NCBI GenBank assembly: GCA_951406725.2
Contig: OX597823.1
Span: forward strand, 79,980,001-80,044,000
DNA from: Octopus vulgaris
Taxonomy: Eukaryota
Reading direction: 5' to 3'
DNA: 64,000 bases
Shown piece by piece: positions 40,785-56,564 of this stretch. The notes beneath the pieces were generated by a model. It was not told the origin of the DNA and made no database searches. It saw nothing but the letters and a program-made list of their open reading frames with translations. Every line of letters begins with the position of its first letter. Position 1 is the stretch's first letter. The translations under genes and the position numbers were made by a program.

Positions 40785-42284
40785 GGGTTTATAGTGTAAT
40801 CGACTGAGATCAAAAGTGCACACAGTATACAAATAAATAATTGCGAGGTCCCAACTGGAGCCAATGAAGAAACCCCACAAATCCAGAATCACCATGACTA
40901 CTAAAGCCGAGTTCCCTGTCACAACCCCCAGTCTCATTTTCGCCATTATCATTCTCGCCATCTTCTCAGGTATCACCGACCTTTTAACAATTTAATGGAT
41001 ACAAACACCTCTTACTCCATTTTCGCCTTCGTTTTCAAAGTCATTGACCTTAGCGGTAAATGTCTGTCCTCATTTTTTTTTTGCTTCGACATTATATAAC
41101 CTACTTCGCTTTTGCCACCAGACAGAAAATAAACCTGCCTCTAACTCCCTGTTAAAGGAGAGATTCAGGCATTCTTCACCATGGTCTCTCGTCGATAGCC
41201 ATATCCGTCCTACACACAATAACGGCTGTTTGACACAAATCCATTAGTCAATAATGCCCGGATACAGAATAGAAGATAATGAAGCTGTAGCACGTATATC
41301 GTCTGCTGAAAAATGATATCTTGCTCGACGTTGCTTGGTATAAAGTTGTTGAACAAAGAGTATTAAATGATAATGTAGGATAGGATACGTTCTCATTATA
41401 CCTAATTAGTTCCGGTAAAATTGTGTGTTTACTAAGATATATTACTAGAAGTCCTACTCTTCAAAATAAAATTCTATGATAATATTTGTACAGATAAATT
41501 AGGTTTGCGTAGTGAATTACGGAAATAAATGTGTTTCAAGATTTGATTATTGCAAAAGATTTTGGAGCTTCATCTATTTGCTCATTAATTCGTTAGATTT
41601 TATGTTTGTTCTTCTATTGTGAGAAAGGTCTTGCCTTGAAGACCCACAACTGTGATTACTGCTTTCAGAAGATACGACAATTGATTGCTGTTTCTGTAGC
41701 TTGAGGTCTTAAACTTATTGTTGACTCTTGCTCCCGGAAACAAATATACACGTCATCTTAATCTCTTGTCTAAGGTTCCATATCACACTAGAACAGGTGC
41801 AAAAGTGCATCAGTTTCTGGTGTACACTACCCACGTATTTTCAAAAGGTATACTTAACGCTCAAAGTTAAACAGTCTTTATTGAAATGTAACGAAACGAA
41901 GTTCAGACTAAGACTGAGCTTTGGTAAAAAATCGAAGTTAAACAATTCTGCTTTGATAGAAGCCAAGAACAAGTGTTTGTGTTCTTTAATGTGATTGCAG
42001 GAATGTATCTCCGGTTATGTTCTGACTACTAAATGCAGAAACGGTAAGATCTTTTAAATGCAATAATGTGAACTGAAAAACATCAATTAACTGAAATTAT
42101 CTATATAAGTAAAACATAAAATCTCCTTCTGCAGTTTAAAATCTAGAAAAACAAAAGCAATGAGCAAGGAAGGTAATTCTAATAAAATCAGTTCACTGCA
42201 CTTTTCTAAAATACAAACAATGGAAATGGGAGTCGACTTAGATTTAAGAGCGAAGTGGTGAAAGTAACGCACACGTTTCGGGAC

Positions 42285-42941
42285 TCAGGTTGTGTGATAA
42301 GTAAAGCAACGTTTTGAACCATGAAGTGCGTAACTTCTTAGCAATGGTTGGACCAAAATGAAGCACCGAACACCTTCCCTAAACCCGAGCTCTTCAAAAA
42401 GAATGCTATCGCGACTGCTTGTTTGTGTACTGCTGGATTCATCCTCTATGACGCCTTAAAACCCGGAAAAACCATTACTGCAGAAACATATTGACATAAA
42501 ACTGCCAAAATGAACGAAAAACTGTTAGCCCTCCGTCCCAGAATGGTCAACAGAAGAGGGCCAATCATTCTTTATGATAATGCTCGACCAGACGTTTCAC
42601 TAACGACGCTCCAGAAATTGAGAGAACTTGGCTACCAAATTCCTCCCCACTTAGCTTATTCCCCAGATCTTTATCCTAACGACGACCACTTTTTCAAGCA
42701 CCTTGATGGTTTTCTACGGGAGAAGGAGTTCTAAAATCAACCAATGCTGAAAGTGCGTCCAAAGAGTTCGTCAGTTCCAGAACTTCAGATTTTTATGTTA
42801 CCGGAATAAACAAACTTGTAACTCGTTGGCAAAAATGTGTTGATTGTAATGATACTTTGGTGAATAAAATTTTCGCATTGTTGAAATATATTGTGATGAA
42901 TTTCAAGTTTCAGAACGTTGCTTACTTTTTACTCAACCTGA
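42285..42941 (+). mobile_element. Internally deleted mariner (Hsmar1/cecropia-like) with both TIRs
   Basis: Left TCAGGTTGTGTGATAAGTAAAGCAACGTT, right AACGTTGCTTACTTTTTACTCAACCTGA-TA; transposase C-terminus QWLDQNEAP..PKP...GPIILYDNARP...AYSPDLYPND.HFFKHLD. Confidence 0.9.
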
Positions 42942-43306
42942 TATGAGCGTGTGTGTGTGCACACGCGTATATTTATAATATAGCGGGTGCGTGTTTAGAT
43001 GTCTTTTAATGCATGTATATGTACGTAGATGGCTATACACGTGAAAGTGTGTATGTGAGTAAATAAATTCTCTATTCCCATGTGTTATAAGTAAGACTGA
43101 AATGGACAGACATAAAAATACAAAATACGATCTGTCCACAATAAAGATATCGGGGCGACAAGTAGAAAGGACTAATTTTCGGCGAGTTATATAAAAAGAC
43201 AGACATACACGCACATGCACGTACAATGTACTGCTCAAAAATGTCCTTCGCAGACATCATACACACACACATGTACTCATTCACTCATACAAGTCCTAAA
43301 TTTCTC

Positions 43307-43698
43307 TCTATATATAGATAAAGCTGAAGTTGTCTGTGTATGGCAGGTTTGGTAGCCTTCAACGAACACTATCTCCTCCGAGACCCTGCGGCGCAAGTTG
43401 ACCAAAGTTGAGAGTATGATAGAAGAAGGCTTGCCCTTCCTTCCGTAGAAGAAAAAATTCAAATCGGACCATGTTAACACCAAAAATTATTTATATCAAA
43501 AAGGTGTTTTATTTCTATGAAAATCCCAATTTTTTACGATTATTTGACTGCTGTGTCGCCATTTTTTGGTGTATTTCAACCAGAAAAATGTTCACTTAAC
43601 GAGAATAACAAGCTACATAATGCAAAATTATTACTTTTCAAAAATTCTAATTCTAAAGGGTCGAAACAAACCCGAGCAAAGCCGGGCGATACTGCTAG
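43307..43698 (+). mobile_element. Non-autonomous Helitron
   Basis: TCTATATATAGATAAA start; 3' CCCGAGCAAAGCCGGG hairpin then CTAG-T. Confidence 0.8.
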
Positions 43699-44156
43699 TA
43701 ACATATAAACGTAACAGAATATTAATGACATTGAGACAGGTCAGGAGGACCGAAGACATGTCGTTGATGACATCGCAAAAGGTAACACAAGGATTCAGAC
43801 AAACCAGCTCATTAATCGAACCATTAGACAATCAGTCGAGCGGTAAATTGGTTAATTGATAAACAAGTTGATTAGTAAAAATATAAAGTAGTGAAACGGA
43901 ATCAGTGTGTGTGAGTGTGTGTGTTTCTCATTGGAAAATTGATCCTCCCAAGATATAACATCTGTTTCAACTCAAGATTTTCACATGAAGAATGCTGCAA
44001 AACAATTGCGGAAACGAAATAATACACGCACAAGCACAATCAAATACACACGTACACACAAGAATCGGTCCACTTGGTCATGAACGCCATCACCAGAATG
44101 GGTACGTTCAGCAAAGCAGAAACTACATGCTCGATTATTATTAGTATTATTATTGT

Positions 44157-44252
<96 letters not shown>

Positions 44253-44262
44253 CAGCAGCACT

Positions 44263-44425
44263 TAAGGCGGCCAGCTGACAGAATCGTTAGCACGCCGAGG
44301 TCGACTTCACCGTTCAACCTGTCAGAGTTGATAAATTAAGTACCAGTGACACACTAGGGTCGAGGTAATCGACTAGTCCCCCTACCTCCAAATTTCAGGC
44401 CTTGTGCCTTCAGCAGAAAGGATTA
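44263..44425 (+). mobile_element. Internally deleted SINE family B followed by (TTA)n
   Basis: AAGGCGGCCAGCTGACAGAATCGTTAGCACGCCG...GATAAATTAAGTACCAG. Confidence 0.8.
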
Positions 44426-44446
44426 TTATTATCATTATCATTATCA

Positions 44447-46580
<2,134 letters not shown>

Positions 46581-46588
46581 ATCATCAC

Positions 46589-46651
<63 letters not shown>

Positions 46652-47045
46652 CTTACTAGTATTATTATTATTAGTTAATAAATCGTATGGTATATAATTC
46701 GTAGTTTGCCGGTAAAGCACGTTCACTCGCTCAGTATTTGTTGGATTTTTGATTAGTCAAATAGATAGATAGATAGATAATTGTCCACGTATATGAATAC
46801 GACTGTATGTGTGTGTTTATCTGGTTGTGCGTATGATGAACGTTTGAAAAGCGATATAAAATACAAACGTTGCAATGAAATTGACATTAACTATATAGTT
46901 ACTCCACCTACCTGGTGTCAATTTCTCTAATAACTATTAGGCTTACTCTCTTCATAAACAAGGTAACAATTATATATATGTATTGATGTATGTGTGTGTG
47001 TTTGTGTGTGTCTGTGTGTGTGTGTGTGTAATTATATATCTATGA

Positions 47046-47290
47046 GTGGAGGCGCGTGACTTGGGGATTAGGGTGTTGCACAGATGATCGTAAAATTGTT
47101 ATTTCGATTCCTAGATCGGGCAATGCATGGTGTTCTTCAGCAAAATACGGCATTTTGCGTTGCGCATCTTCACTCAGGGGATGAAAATGTGTAATACTGT
47201 GACGGACCGGCGTCTTGACTACATAGTAAATATATATGCCACAGAATCCGGTAAAAAAACGGTCATGTAAGTCTGTGATTCGAAAAGTAT
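47046..47290 (+). mobile_element. Old SINE family C copy
   Basis: GTGGAGGCGCGTG head, TTCGATTCC box, CTGTGACGGACCGGCGTC. Confidence 0.55.
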
Positions 47291-48537
47291 CTTTGATCCT
47301 TTGATACATACACGTACATAACTACATATATACATATTTTATTTATTATAAATGGCAATTTCTCTAAACCAGCGAACCAATATTCACGAAACTTTGCATA
47401 CATGTACGAACATCCAGTTCATCCAGGCTAAGTGGATTTCAATAAAACTCTGTAATGTGTCCTCCAGTGGGACTGAACGAATTATATGATAAAATGAGAA
47501 GGGTGCAAAAAATATTAGTCGGAGGAAAACGCAGTAGCAGAGAGAGGGTGCCTTATATCAGGGAAGGGGAGAACAGCGCTATGTAAGCGACAAATATTGA
47601 GTTGTAATGAGGTGTTACGTTAATACAGCTGTCATATACATGCGACGCTTCATACATACTGTCGTAAATAGAGAGATACAGCGCGCGTGCGCACACACAC
47701 ACGCACGCACACTAAGAAAAGTGTGTGTGAGGAATACGTAACTTTAAGGAGAATAGGTAGCTATTCTGATGTCTATAGCAAAAAAACACTCACACGCACA
47801 CCATGCATATGCATATAGACGTACATACACACATATGTCTACTATATACCATTTTGAAATCGTGATTATCTGTATGCACACTTGTAAATGTGTGTGCGTG
47901 TGTGGGGGGGGGCGTGATGTCTGCTTCTCTGCTTTTGTAGGGTCATCCCTGTTGCTGTCACATATTGTGAGATTTCAAATTTACGTCAAAGTTTTCAAAT
48001 TTGGTGTATTGAAATAATTTTCCACGTTAACTCCGATTTTGTTATTTGTTCAGAAATTACAGAAAAATGCTACTGAGGTTTAAAGTTTAATAAATTTTAC
48101 CTAACAAAGAAGAGGATTTGGTAGCCGGCATTTTCTGCATAATAGGCGTCTCTCACAAAATGGAAGCAAAATTATTAGGAGGAGGAACTTTTATTAAACA
48201 AACGAAAGCAAAGCATTACGACAACCAAAGTTGTAAGAATTTCTGAAGTATTATTGAATAAATTAATGTGAAACGGTCGAAGGAAAAATGCACAACGATG
48301 ATTTTTTTTTTGCAGAAAATTGCATAAATCTGTCTTGATCAAGAAGTATATCTGTTGGGGAAGGCATGGTCTGACATCGAATAAACAAAAATTTATATAA
48401 AAATTGTCTGGCAACGACAGGCTATTCGGCAAGTATATATAATTATATCGTAATTTTCACTGGATTTTCATCAGGAAATCTGCAGTGTGTCGTGCTGAGT
48501 AAGGATTCGTACTAATCCATCTTCCGTTTCCCTCATC

Positions 48538-48571
<34 letters not shown>

Positions 48572-48626
48572 GAAATATTAAAATTACTAAGTCTCTCTAA
48601 AGGAGATTACGGCAGCGTTACTGGAA

Positions 48627-48704
48627 ATTAATAGTTATCGCCATACTAATATGGCAGTCTTATATTTATAAGACTGCCATATTAGTATGGTGATAACTAT
48701 TAAT
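48627..48704. repeat. Near-perfect 78-bp palindrome
   Basis: 38-bp arms with one G-T mismatch and a TT centre. Confidence 0.95.
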
Positions 48705-49528
48705 ATATATATATATATACATATATATCAATGTTCAGTTACGATAAAAACAATTTTACATTAATCTGACGGGTTCCGCTATAATTTTTGAAACGTACAA
48801 ATTTATTCTTAAACGAGAATGTTGTTGACAGTGACTTCGAAATTTCGGTCAGATAAACTGACACTTCGAAGCCACTCTCAACAACATTCTTCTTTACAAA
48901 TAATAAATATTTATACGTACACGATGCACGCGCACACAGAGAGGCCTAAACGCCTCGACACACATACGTGTATGCATGTGTCTAAGTACATATGGGTGTG
49001 GGTACTTGTGTTCCAGAAGCCGTTTATCTTCTTGGAAAATTTCCAGAAATCTACCTCATATAAGGTTGTGACCTATGCCCTATACTATCAAAGCAGGTGT
49101 AAACCTGTTGAAAAATCTCAACCATGGCGACAGGTGTTTCGTTGCGTAAGATTATGGTTACATACCAGCAGAGACATATGGTCTGTCATATTCGGTATAG
49201 TTGTATATGTTCTGTTTATGTTGACGTTTCTTCGCAAGATGGCTTCTCGTCAAAGAAATGGCCCCTCTCGCACCAAAACTGAAACTGAATATCATTATAC
49301 AAGGAACAATCTCACAGACACACACACACACATGCAAAGACGACCCCACAGTTTGTTGCTGAATCAACATGTACAAATGGTATATTTATAGTGATGAAAT
49401 GCTTGTTCAAGAGCCCACATCCTCTATCAAATCGGCATTGGCGGCGCAGGTGCACAGTATGTCACGTGTCAGATATACGAGTGATCGCAGTTAGAGATAC
49501 ATACACAAACATACACACACACACACAC

Positions 49529-49639
<111 letters not shown>

Positions 49640-49741
49640 CATATTTTTTAACTTGTTTCATCTTACTAGATACTATACGCTATATATATGTACAGTATAT
49701 AGTACATAGTATATGGTATGTATATATAGTATATAGTATTT

Positions 49742-49958
49742 AGGGCGGCGAGTTGGCAGAATTGTTAGCACGCCGGGCGAAATGCCTAGCAGTATTTTGT
49801 CTGCCGTTACATTCTGAGTTTAAATTCCACCGAGGTCGACTTATCCTTCCATCCTTTCGGGGTCGATTAAATAAGTACCAGTTACGCACTGGGGTCGATG
49901 TAATCGACTTAATCCGTTTGTCTGTCTTTGTTTAGCCCCCTGTGGGCAATATAGAAAT
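49742..49958 (+). mobile_element. SINE family B
   Basis: Near-full-length copy with a short deletion in the tail. Confidence 0.88.
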
Positions 49959-49966
49959 ATATATAG

Positions 49967-49998
<32 letters not shown>

Positions 49999-50031
49999 GC
50001 TAATAAAGAAACATATATATATATATGTTTA

Positions 50032-50085
<54 letters not shown>

Positions 50086-52644
50086 TAGATGTATATATAT
50101 ACGTATGTATATAAATGAGATGAAATTTTACGGCCAAGCAAGACATGATGTGCACTCGAAAACTTAAATATTTATAATTCGGCAGTTAAAAATAACAATT
50201 TGAACAATTTAAAGATTTCATAGATAACAACTGCTCAGTTCTCAAAACGAAGTAAATAAAAAACATTTAAGGATTGAATCTGTTGTGTGCTGACAATTAT
50301 TTTGTAAGCGATGCCTTTAACAGAAAAATGGGCATTTGTAACGTACGAAAAATAGAATTTATGTGACTCTGTCGAAGGTCTTTATCTAAGTGCAAGTGAA
50401 AAGCAAATAACATCTCAGCGCCTTTAAAAAGACAAGGAACTTTTCTTATGCCCTCAGAGTAGCAGTTGGCAGTAGCTCTTGACGATTTGTGGAATTATAT
50501 CACCCGCCCCCTCAGACAAGATAAGGCTTATAGGACCGTATACTAAGTCACGAAAACTGAAAATGGAGCAAGAATGCAATGTGAACGGGAGCGTTATACA
50601 CCTCCAGTTTGGTGTCTCAGTGCATGGGACAACACAATATGAGGTTCATGAAGTGGGAAATTGTGTAGTAGGACCAAAGATTGGTACTACCACATATAGA
50701 GAAATGGAACACAAGGATCAAGACCACGCACATTAGTTAGTACGGAGATTGGCCCTTGGATCTCTGTCACAATTGCAACTCAGTACAGAATAATGAGGAT
50801 CAAGAAAGTCATGTAAAATATGTGATTGGCTGGGTACTTCGTGGACATGCAGCTAATGACTCCTAGAGATCACAAAGCTTTCCCAGAGTCCACCATTTGG
50901 GTGCTAACTGGAAGGCAATCAGGCTCCTTGCTTAGAAGAAAAGGATAAGTAGATGAGTAAAAAAGGTTGTAGAGAACAGCAAAAGCCGTACAACTACAAT
51001 AACCCCCACAAAAATAAACAAAATAAATCAGTTCTTCAACATTACTGGTTAGCTATTGAATCTAATCTTATAGTGTTTACATTCAACTTAAGATGGGTTT
51101 CCTCCGAAGACAACGCCCAACGCCCACCGAGAAAGGCAACTGAATGCAAATATAAAGCTAACAAACAAAAGCAAATTTAATTATATAGCGGGTCGTAAAC
51201 TTTCGACGCGTAAATGATAATGAGTTTTTGACAGACAACAGTGCCATTAACTCAAACATTTCCAGCGATACAGCTAAAGCAAAAACAGCAAATATAGTGC
51301 ATACGCTATATTATCTATAAATACATGTGAAAAAAGAAAACAAAATTTGACAGACAATGATTGGAATTTTTGGTCCACCGTACTACCAGAAAACAGAAAC
51401 AGGTATTATCTATGGATCACCTGGATGAGAAAAATTGGTTGGACAGAATTTTGTAAACAGGAAGAGTGCATTCCGGCCAAAGCTGTTCCTCGTAGAGATA
51501 AGAGGAGATAGTTTTAACTATGTCTGCTTCTTTAAAAGCGTATCGAACTTTCCTGTGCATTAAAGAGAAAAGTAAATTTGGATCTGGCCCTTGTATGGAG
51601 CGAAATGTCCTAAGTTGGTTGGAGAAGAGTTTACTGTAATGTAAGCTGAGATATGAAATTGGGAACTGAATAAAGAGGAAAACCGATCTGGGGTTTCACA
51701 CACCGAACAATTCATTTAGTACTACAATATAAAGTTCGAAATAAAACGAGATATTGAAAAGGACGTTCACTCGAATTATTATTACATTTGAAGCACGACA
51801 TGGACAGGTGATTAACGCAAAGGTACTCAGGAGCGAAATGTGGTTGGATACGATGTCAGTGCAGATACAATTCCCAATTATATACCCACCACCACCAACA
51901 TCGAGTCATGTTGAGGAGACAGAAGAAATGGTACTGAGACAGGTGGTGCATGACAGAATGCTTTGTTGCAACACATGTGACATTAAAGATTATTTAAGGA
52001 CTTTCTGCTTGAGTGAGCGCGCAAGAGGCAGAGAAATGGAGATAAGCAGCAGGACGAATCAAAGGCTGCTGTTTTTAAACCATCACTATTCACATCTTCG
52101 ACAATGGCAGAAAGATAATCGACGTATCCCCTCCACCGAAATTACTGGCTTTGTTCCAAACTTTGAAACCATTTTTATCTTCATCATCGTCATCATTTCA
52201 AAGGGAAATGAACTGGTTTCACTACCTGAGTATATTATCTATAAATACATGCGGAAAATCATTATACCGGGGTGCGCTGCCCGCTCGGTTGAAGCTAACT
52301 TTAAGGCAAATATTTTAATATTAGCATCGATTGATTAATATCAAATGTGTATCCGCATAGCTTATCAAACACAACCAAACTGATTGTACGTATAATGTCT
52401 ATTTTTATATGGTTCAAAATGACGGATACACATTTGAATTTGATTGGTTGTTTTCAGCAACGGTCTTTCAGAAGTATGCAAGCTCAGAGAGCAAATATGC
52501 CAATAGAAAATAAAAATAAAAACAAAAATAAAAATAAAAACAAAAATAAAAATAAAATTACAATCAATCGATTTCAAATGTGTATCCCTCATTTTGAATC
52601 ATTTCAAATTATACATCACAATTTATATTCAATTCTTGATCACA

Positions 52645-52715
52645 ACTGCTCCACGAACGGGACCGTGAAACTCTGAGCAACAGTTTTTTTTTTGTGATAT
52701 TTTTGTGATATTTTG
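52645..52715 (+). mobile_element. Degraded copy of the 16.1 kb hammerhead-bearing repeat
   Basis: CCACGAACGGGACCGTGAAACTCTGAGCAACAGTTTT...GTGATATTTT. Confidence 0.65.
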
Positions 52716-53451
52716 TGTATGTGTATCACGAAGCTCAGACGGAAATGTATACGACACAAGTTATTGTTCAGCAAAATTTATCATAGACGTTCCATCACTG
52801 TTAGCATCATTCGCTAAAGCGATGTTTAGATTGCTTACATGCTGTCTAACTGATATTATTATATTTTCTACTCTGAACGGAAGCTAGAAAGAATTAACAA
52901 ACAAAATATGCGATGAAATTGAAGGACGCCATTTTGAACATTTGTTTACGATTGAAATCAAGACTTGAATGGGCGGAACAGCTGATTATCATAGGGTTAA
53001 ATCTGTTTATTTTTTAAAACTTTAGTTTTTAATTTATTTTTTGATTTTTGGTTTTATATCTATATTTCTGGAGAAACTTTAGGAAACGAGAAGCGCATAG
53101 GTTTTAAATTGAATACGTATATATGTCTGCTTCTGTGTGTGTGAGAGAGAGAGCTTGTGTGTGTGAATGAGAAAGAGCGTGTGTTCTGGTGCATGTGTGT
53201 GTGTGTGTTTCGGTGTGTGTGTGTGCGTGTATGTGTGCGTGCGTGTGTGCGTATGTGCATGTGTCTGCGTGTATGGCTTTCTCTCTCCTATCACCGCTAC
53301 ACGACTGTCTTATAGCGGTTCAACAAAAACAAATCGATGGGAGAAGCATCAGACTTAAAAAGTAAGAACTGGAGTCAATTCGTTCGACTGAGAATCTTCA
53401 ACCAGTGCCCCAGCATGGCCGCAGTCTAATGCCTGTGGCAAGTAGCTCATA

Positions 53452-53552
<101 letters not shown>

Positions 53553-53568
53553 GAAAAGTATATGTAAA

Positions 53569-53604
<36 letters not shown>

Positions 53605-53607
<3 letters not shown>

Positions 53608-53874
53608 GAAACATGTTTCAAAGAAAGAAGACTACACTTGGTATAACTAGGGTAAAAGTAGAAAGAACCAAAGAAAATACACACTTAGGTATAACAGTAA
53701 TGGCTTTTATTAAAATAAAACAAAGATCTATACACACAAATAAATAGGTTGAGGTGGAATTAAGAAGTATAAAAATCATTCTTATGAGTCAATATAGAAA
53801 GTCATACCTGTTTGGTCATCGCTGTTCACTGACTTTGAAATTCAGAGAACAGCGATGACGAAACCGGTATGACT
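53605..53874 (-). mobile_element. Penelope-like terminal repeat ending in a fold-back hairpin (53800-53874)
   Basis: 33-bp arms with 3 mismatches, containing GAAACCGGTA; minus-strand AATAAA; abuts (TA)n. Confidence 0.45.
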
Positions 53875-53927
53875 AGTTTCTACGTGGAGATGCAACTGAT
53901 GACCCCTAGAGATCGCAAAGGTGCGAG

Positions 53928-54020
53928 ACACCTTGGGCAAGTGCTTGCTACTACAGCCTCGGGCCAACCAACCCTTGTGAGTGAATTTGGCAGACGAAAA
54001 CTGAAAGAAGCCCGTCGTAC

Positions 54021-54099
<79 letters not shown>

Positions 54100-54292
54100 T
54101 TTATGTGTCTGTGTTTGTTCCCCTAACATCGCTTGACAACCGAGGTTGGCGTGTTTACGTCCTCGTAATCTAGCGGTTCAGCAAAAGAGGCCGATGGAAT
54201 AAGTACTAGGCTTACAAAGAATAAGTCTTGGGTCGATTTGTTCGAGTAAAGGCGGTGCTCCAGCATGGCCGCAGTCAAATGACTGAAACAAG
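53928..54292 (+). mobile_element. SINE family A lacking its head
   Basis: Starts at CACCTTGGGCAAGTG; tail intact. Confidence 0.85.
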
Positions 54293-54314
54293 TTATACAC
54301 ACACACACACACAT

Positions 54315-54345
<31 letters not shown>

Positions 54346-54955
54346 CACACACACATACATATGAGTATATATACATTTCTGTAAGTATATACGTATACAT
54401 GCGTCCATTTGAGTGAGAGTAGGTGTATGTGTGTGTGTGTGTGTACACTCATGCAGACATTCTCTCTCTCTCTCACACACACACACTCAGACACTCACAC
54501 ACACACAACCGCATACACAAAAGTACACACACATACATACACAAACACACACACACACACAAACACACATACACCATCAGACAGATACGCGTACATACAC
54601 CGCAAAACCACTTCGTGTACCGAGTACACAGCTGTCAGGCCATGTCAGAATGGTTAGCAGTCAGACACAATATGTCTACAAATTTTCACCCATTTAACAC
54701 AAACATCCTTCTGACGCTAGCTGCTATCTTCTGACTCAATGTCTTCGCCAGTTACTTTGCAGCCGAAACAGATTACAATATGAATACACCGTAAGTAAGA
54801 GCCACCTATTTCTTACATATATATCATATAGTATCCAAAATGGAGGCTGTATAGCTCTTAATCAATGTGGCATCACTCGGGTTCTGATTGAAACCAGACC
54901 ACATAGGGATTACTCGCTTGCACGCCAATTTTATGTCTATGCAATGTGTGTGCGT

Positions 54956-55005
<50 letters not shown>

Positions 55006-55207
55006 TGTGTGTGTGTGAGCGTGTGTGTGTGTGTACTTCAGTATTAACGTATGTTTGTATAGACAACCATCTGTCTGTCACTCTCTCACGCTCCCTCGCT
55101 TTGTTTCCCCCCTCCCCCCGCTCTGTACACATACATGCATATATTTATATATATGTACATACATGCACGTATACATTTAGATCTATTTTACACTAATATA
55201 TACATAC

Positions 55208-55252
<45 letters not shown>

Positions 55253-55699
55253 CATATATATATATATACACACACATACACACACACATATATATATATG
55301 TTTGTATATATGTATGTATGTATGTATGTAAATACACAAACAAACACACATTTATACATGCAGACACACACATCCATACGCGCGTGCGCACACACACACA
55401 AATATGTACATATATTAATAGTAATACGTGCACAAATTCATACGGATATGAATCTGTATAAGTGTATGTGTTTCTGGGGGTTCTTCATACGTATAGTAAA
55501 CAGGAATACAAATCAGAAACAAGGTTTCGTTCCATTGATCTTTTTTACTGACTGAAGCAATAGTTCGGAGGGCATGTAATCCTGTTGGCTATAGTATGGC
55601 ATATAAGAATGCATATACGCGTGTATGTTGCATGCGAATATGTATGTGTGTACATATACATATAGGTATGTGAGTGTATACTCTACAGCCTTCTAACAA

Positions 55700-55946
55700 A
55701 TGTGTCCCTTTAACGCTTTGTACCAAAGAAAAGCACCGTGACCGCGTGTGTACCGTTGGCGATTTTTTTCCCCTCTGTCTTCCCTTCTCTGGATCTTTCC
55801 TTCTACTATGTTTCCGACGAAGAGCTCCGCTCGAAACGTTAAACCCTACTTCTTCCCTTCCTTCATGAGCGTTCAATAATACTATATTTGTTCCACGTCC
55901 TCGCGTTGTTTTTTTTTATTTGTGCTTTCTTGTTTGGATTAACGTT
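55700..55946 (+). mobile_element. Short Penelope-like element
   Basis: Architecture like 20609-20793; ends in (TA)n; 5' boundary uncertain. Confidence 0.55.
55810..55844 (+). ncRNA. Minimal type-I hammerhead-like motif (U4C variant)
   Basis: GTTT-CCGACGA-A-GAGC-TCC-GCTC-GAAA-CG-TT-AAAC. Confidence 0.6.
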
Positions 55947-55955
55947 ATATATATA

Positions 55956-56190
55956 TTCTTTTATTCTTTTACTCGTTTCAGTCATTTGACTGCGGTCATA
56001 CAGGAGTACGACCTTTAGTCGAACTAATCGACCCGAGGACTTATTCTAGTTCTTATTCAAGCCTAGTTCTTATTCAATCGCTCTGTTTTTGCCGAACCGC
56101 TAAGTTACGGGAACGTAAACACATCAACATCGGTTGTCAAGCGATGGTCGGGGAACAAACACAGACACAAATAATAATACATACATATAA

Positions 56191-56228
<38 letters not shown>

Positions 56229-56386
56229 GACGGGCTTCCTTCACTAACCGTCTACCAAATCCACTCACAAGGCTTTGGTCGGCCCGACGTTATAGTAGAA
56301 AACACCTGCCCAACGTGCCACGCGGTGGGACTGAACCCGGAACCATGTTGTTGGGAATGAAGCTTCTTACCACACGGCCACTCCTT
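55956..56386 (-). mobile_element. SINE family A
   Basis: Full reverse-complement copy with a small internal duplication (CTAGTTCTTATTCAA twice). Confidence 0.88.
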
Positions 56387-56398
56387 ATACACGCATAC

Positions 56399-56441
<43 letters not shown>

Positions 56442-56489
56442 TACATAGATGCGCACACACACACATACACACACATAGATAGATAGATC

Positions 56490-56564
<75 letters not shown>

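Noticed and set aside
48819-49391. 190-aa ORF containing AAGATGGC
   Set aside because: No recognisable domain, runs through CA repeats, no convincing splice context
53893-53900. Isolated CTGATGA
   Set aside because: No stem II, GAAA and stem III arrangement follows, so it is not counted as a hammerhead
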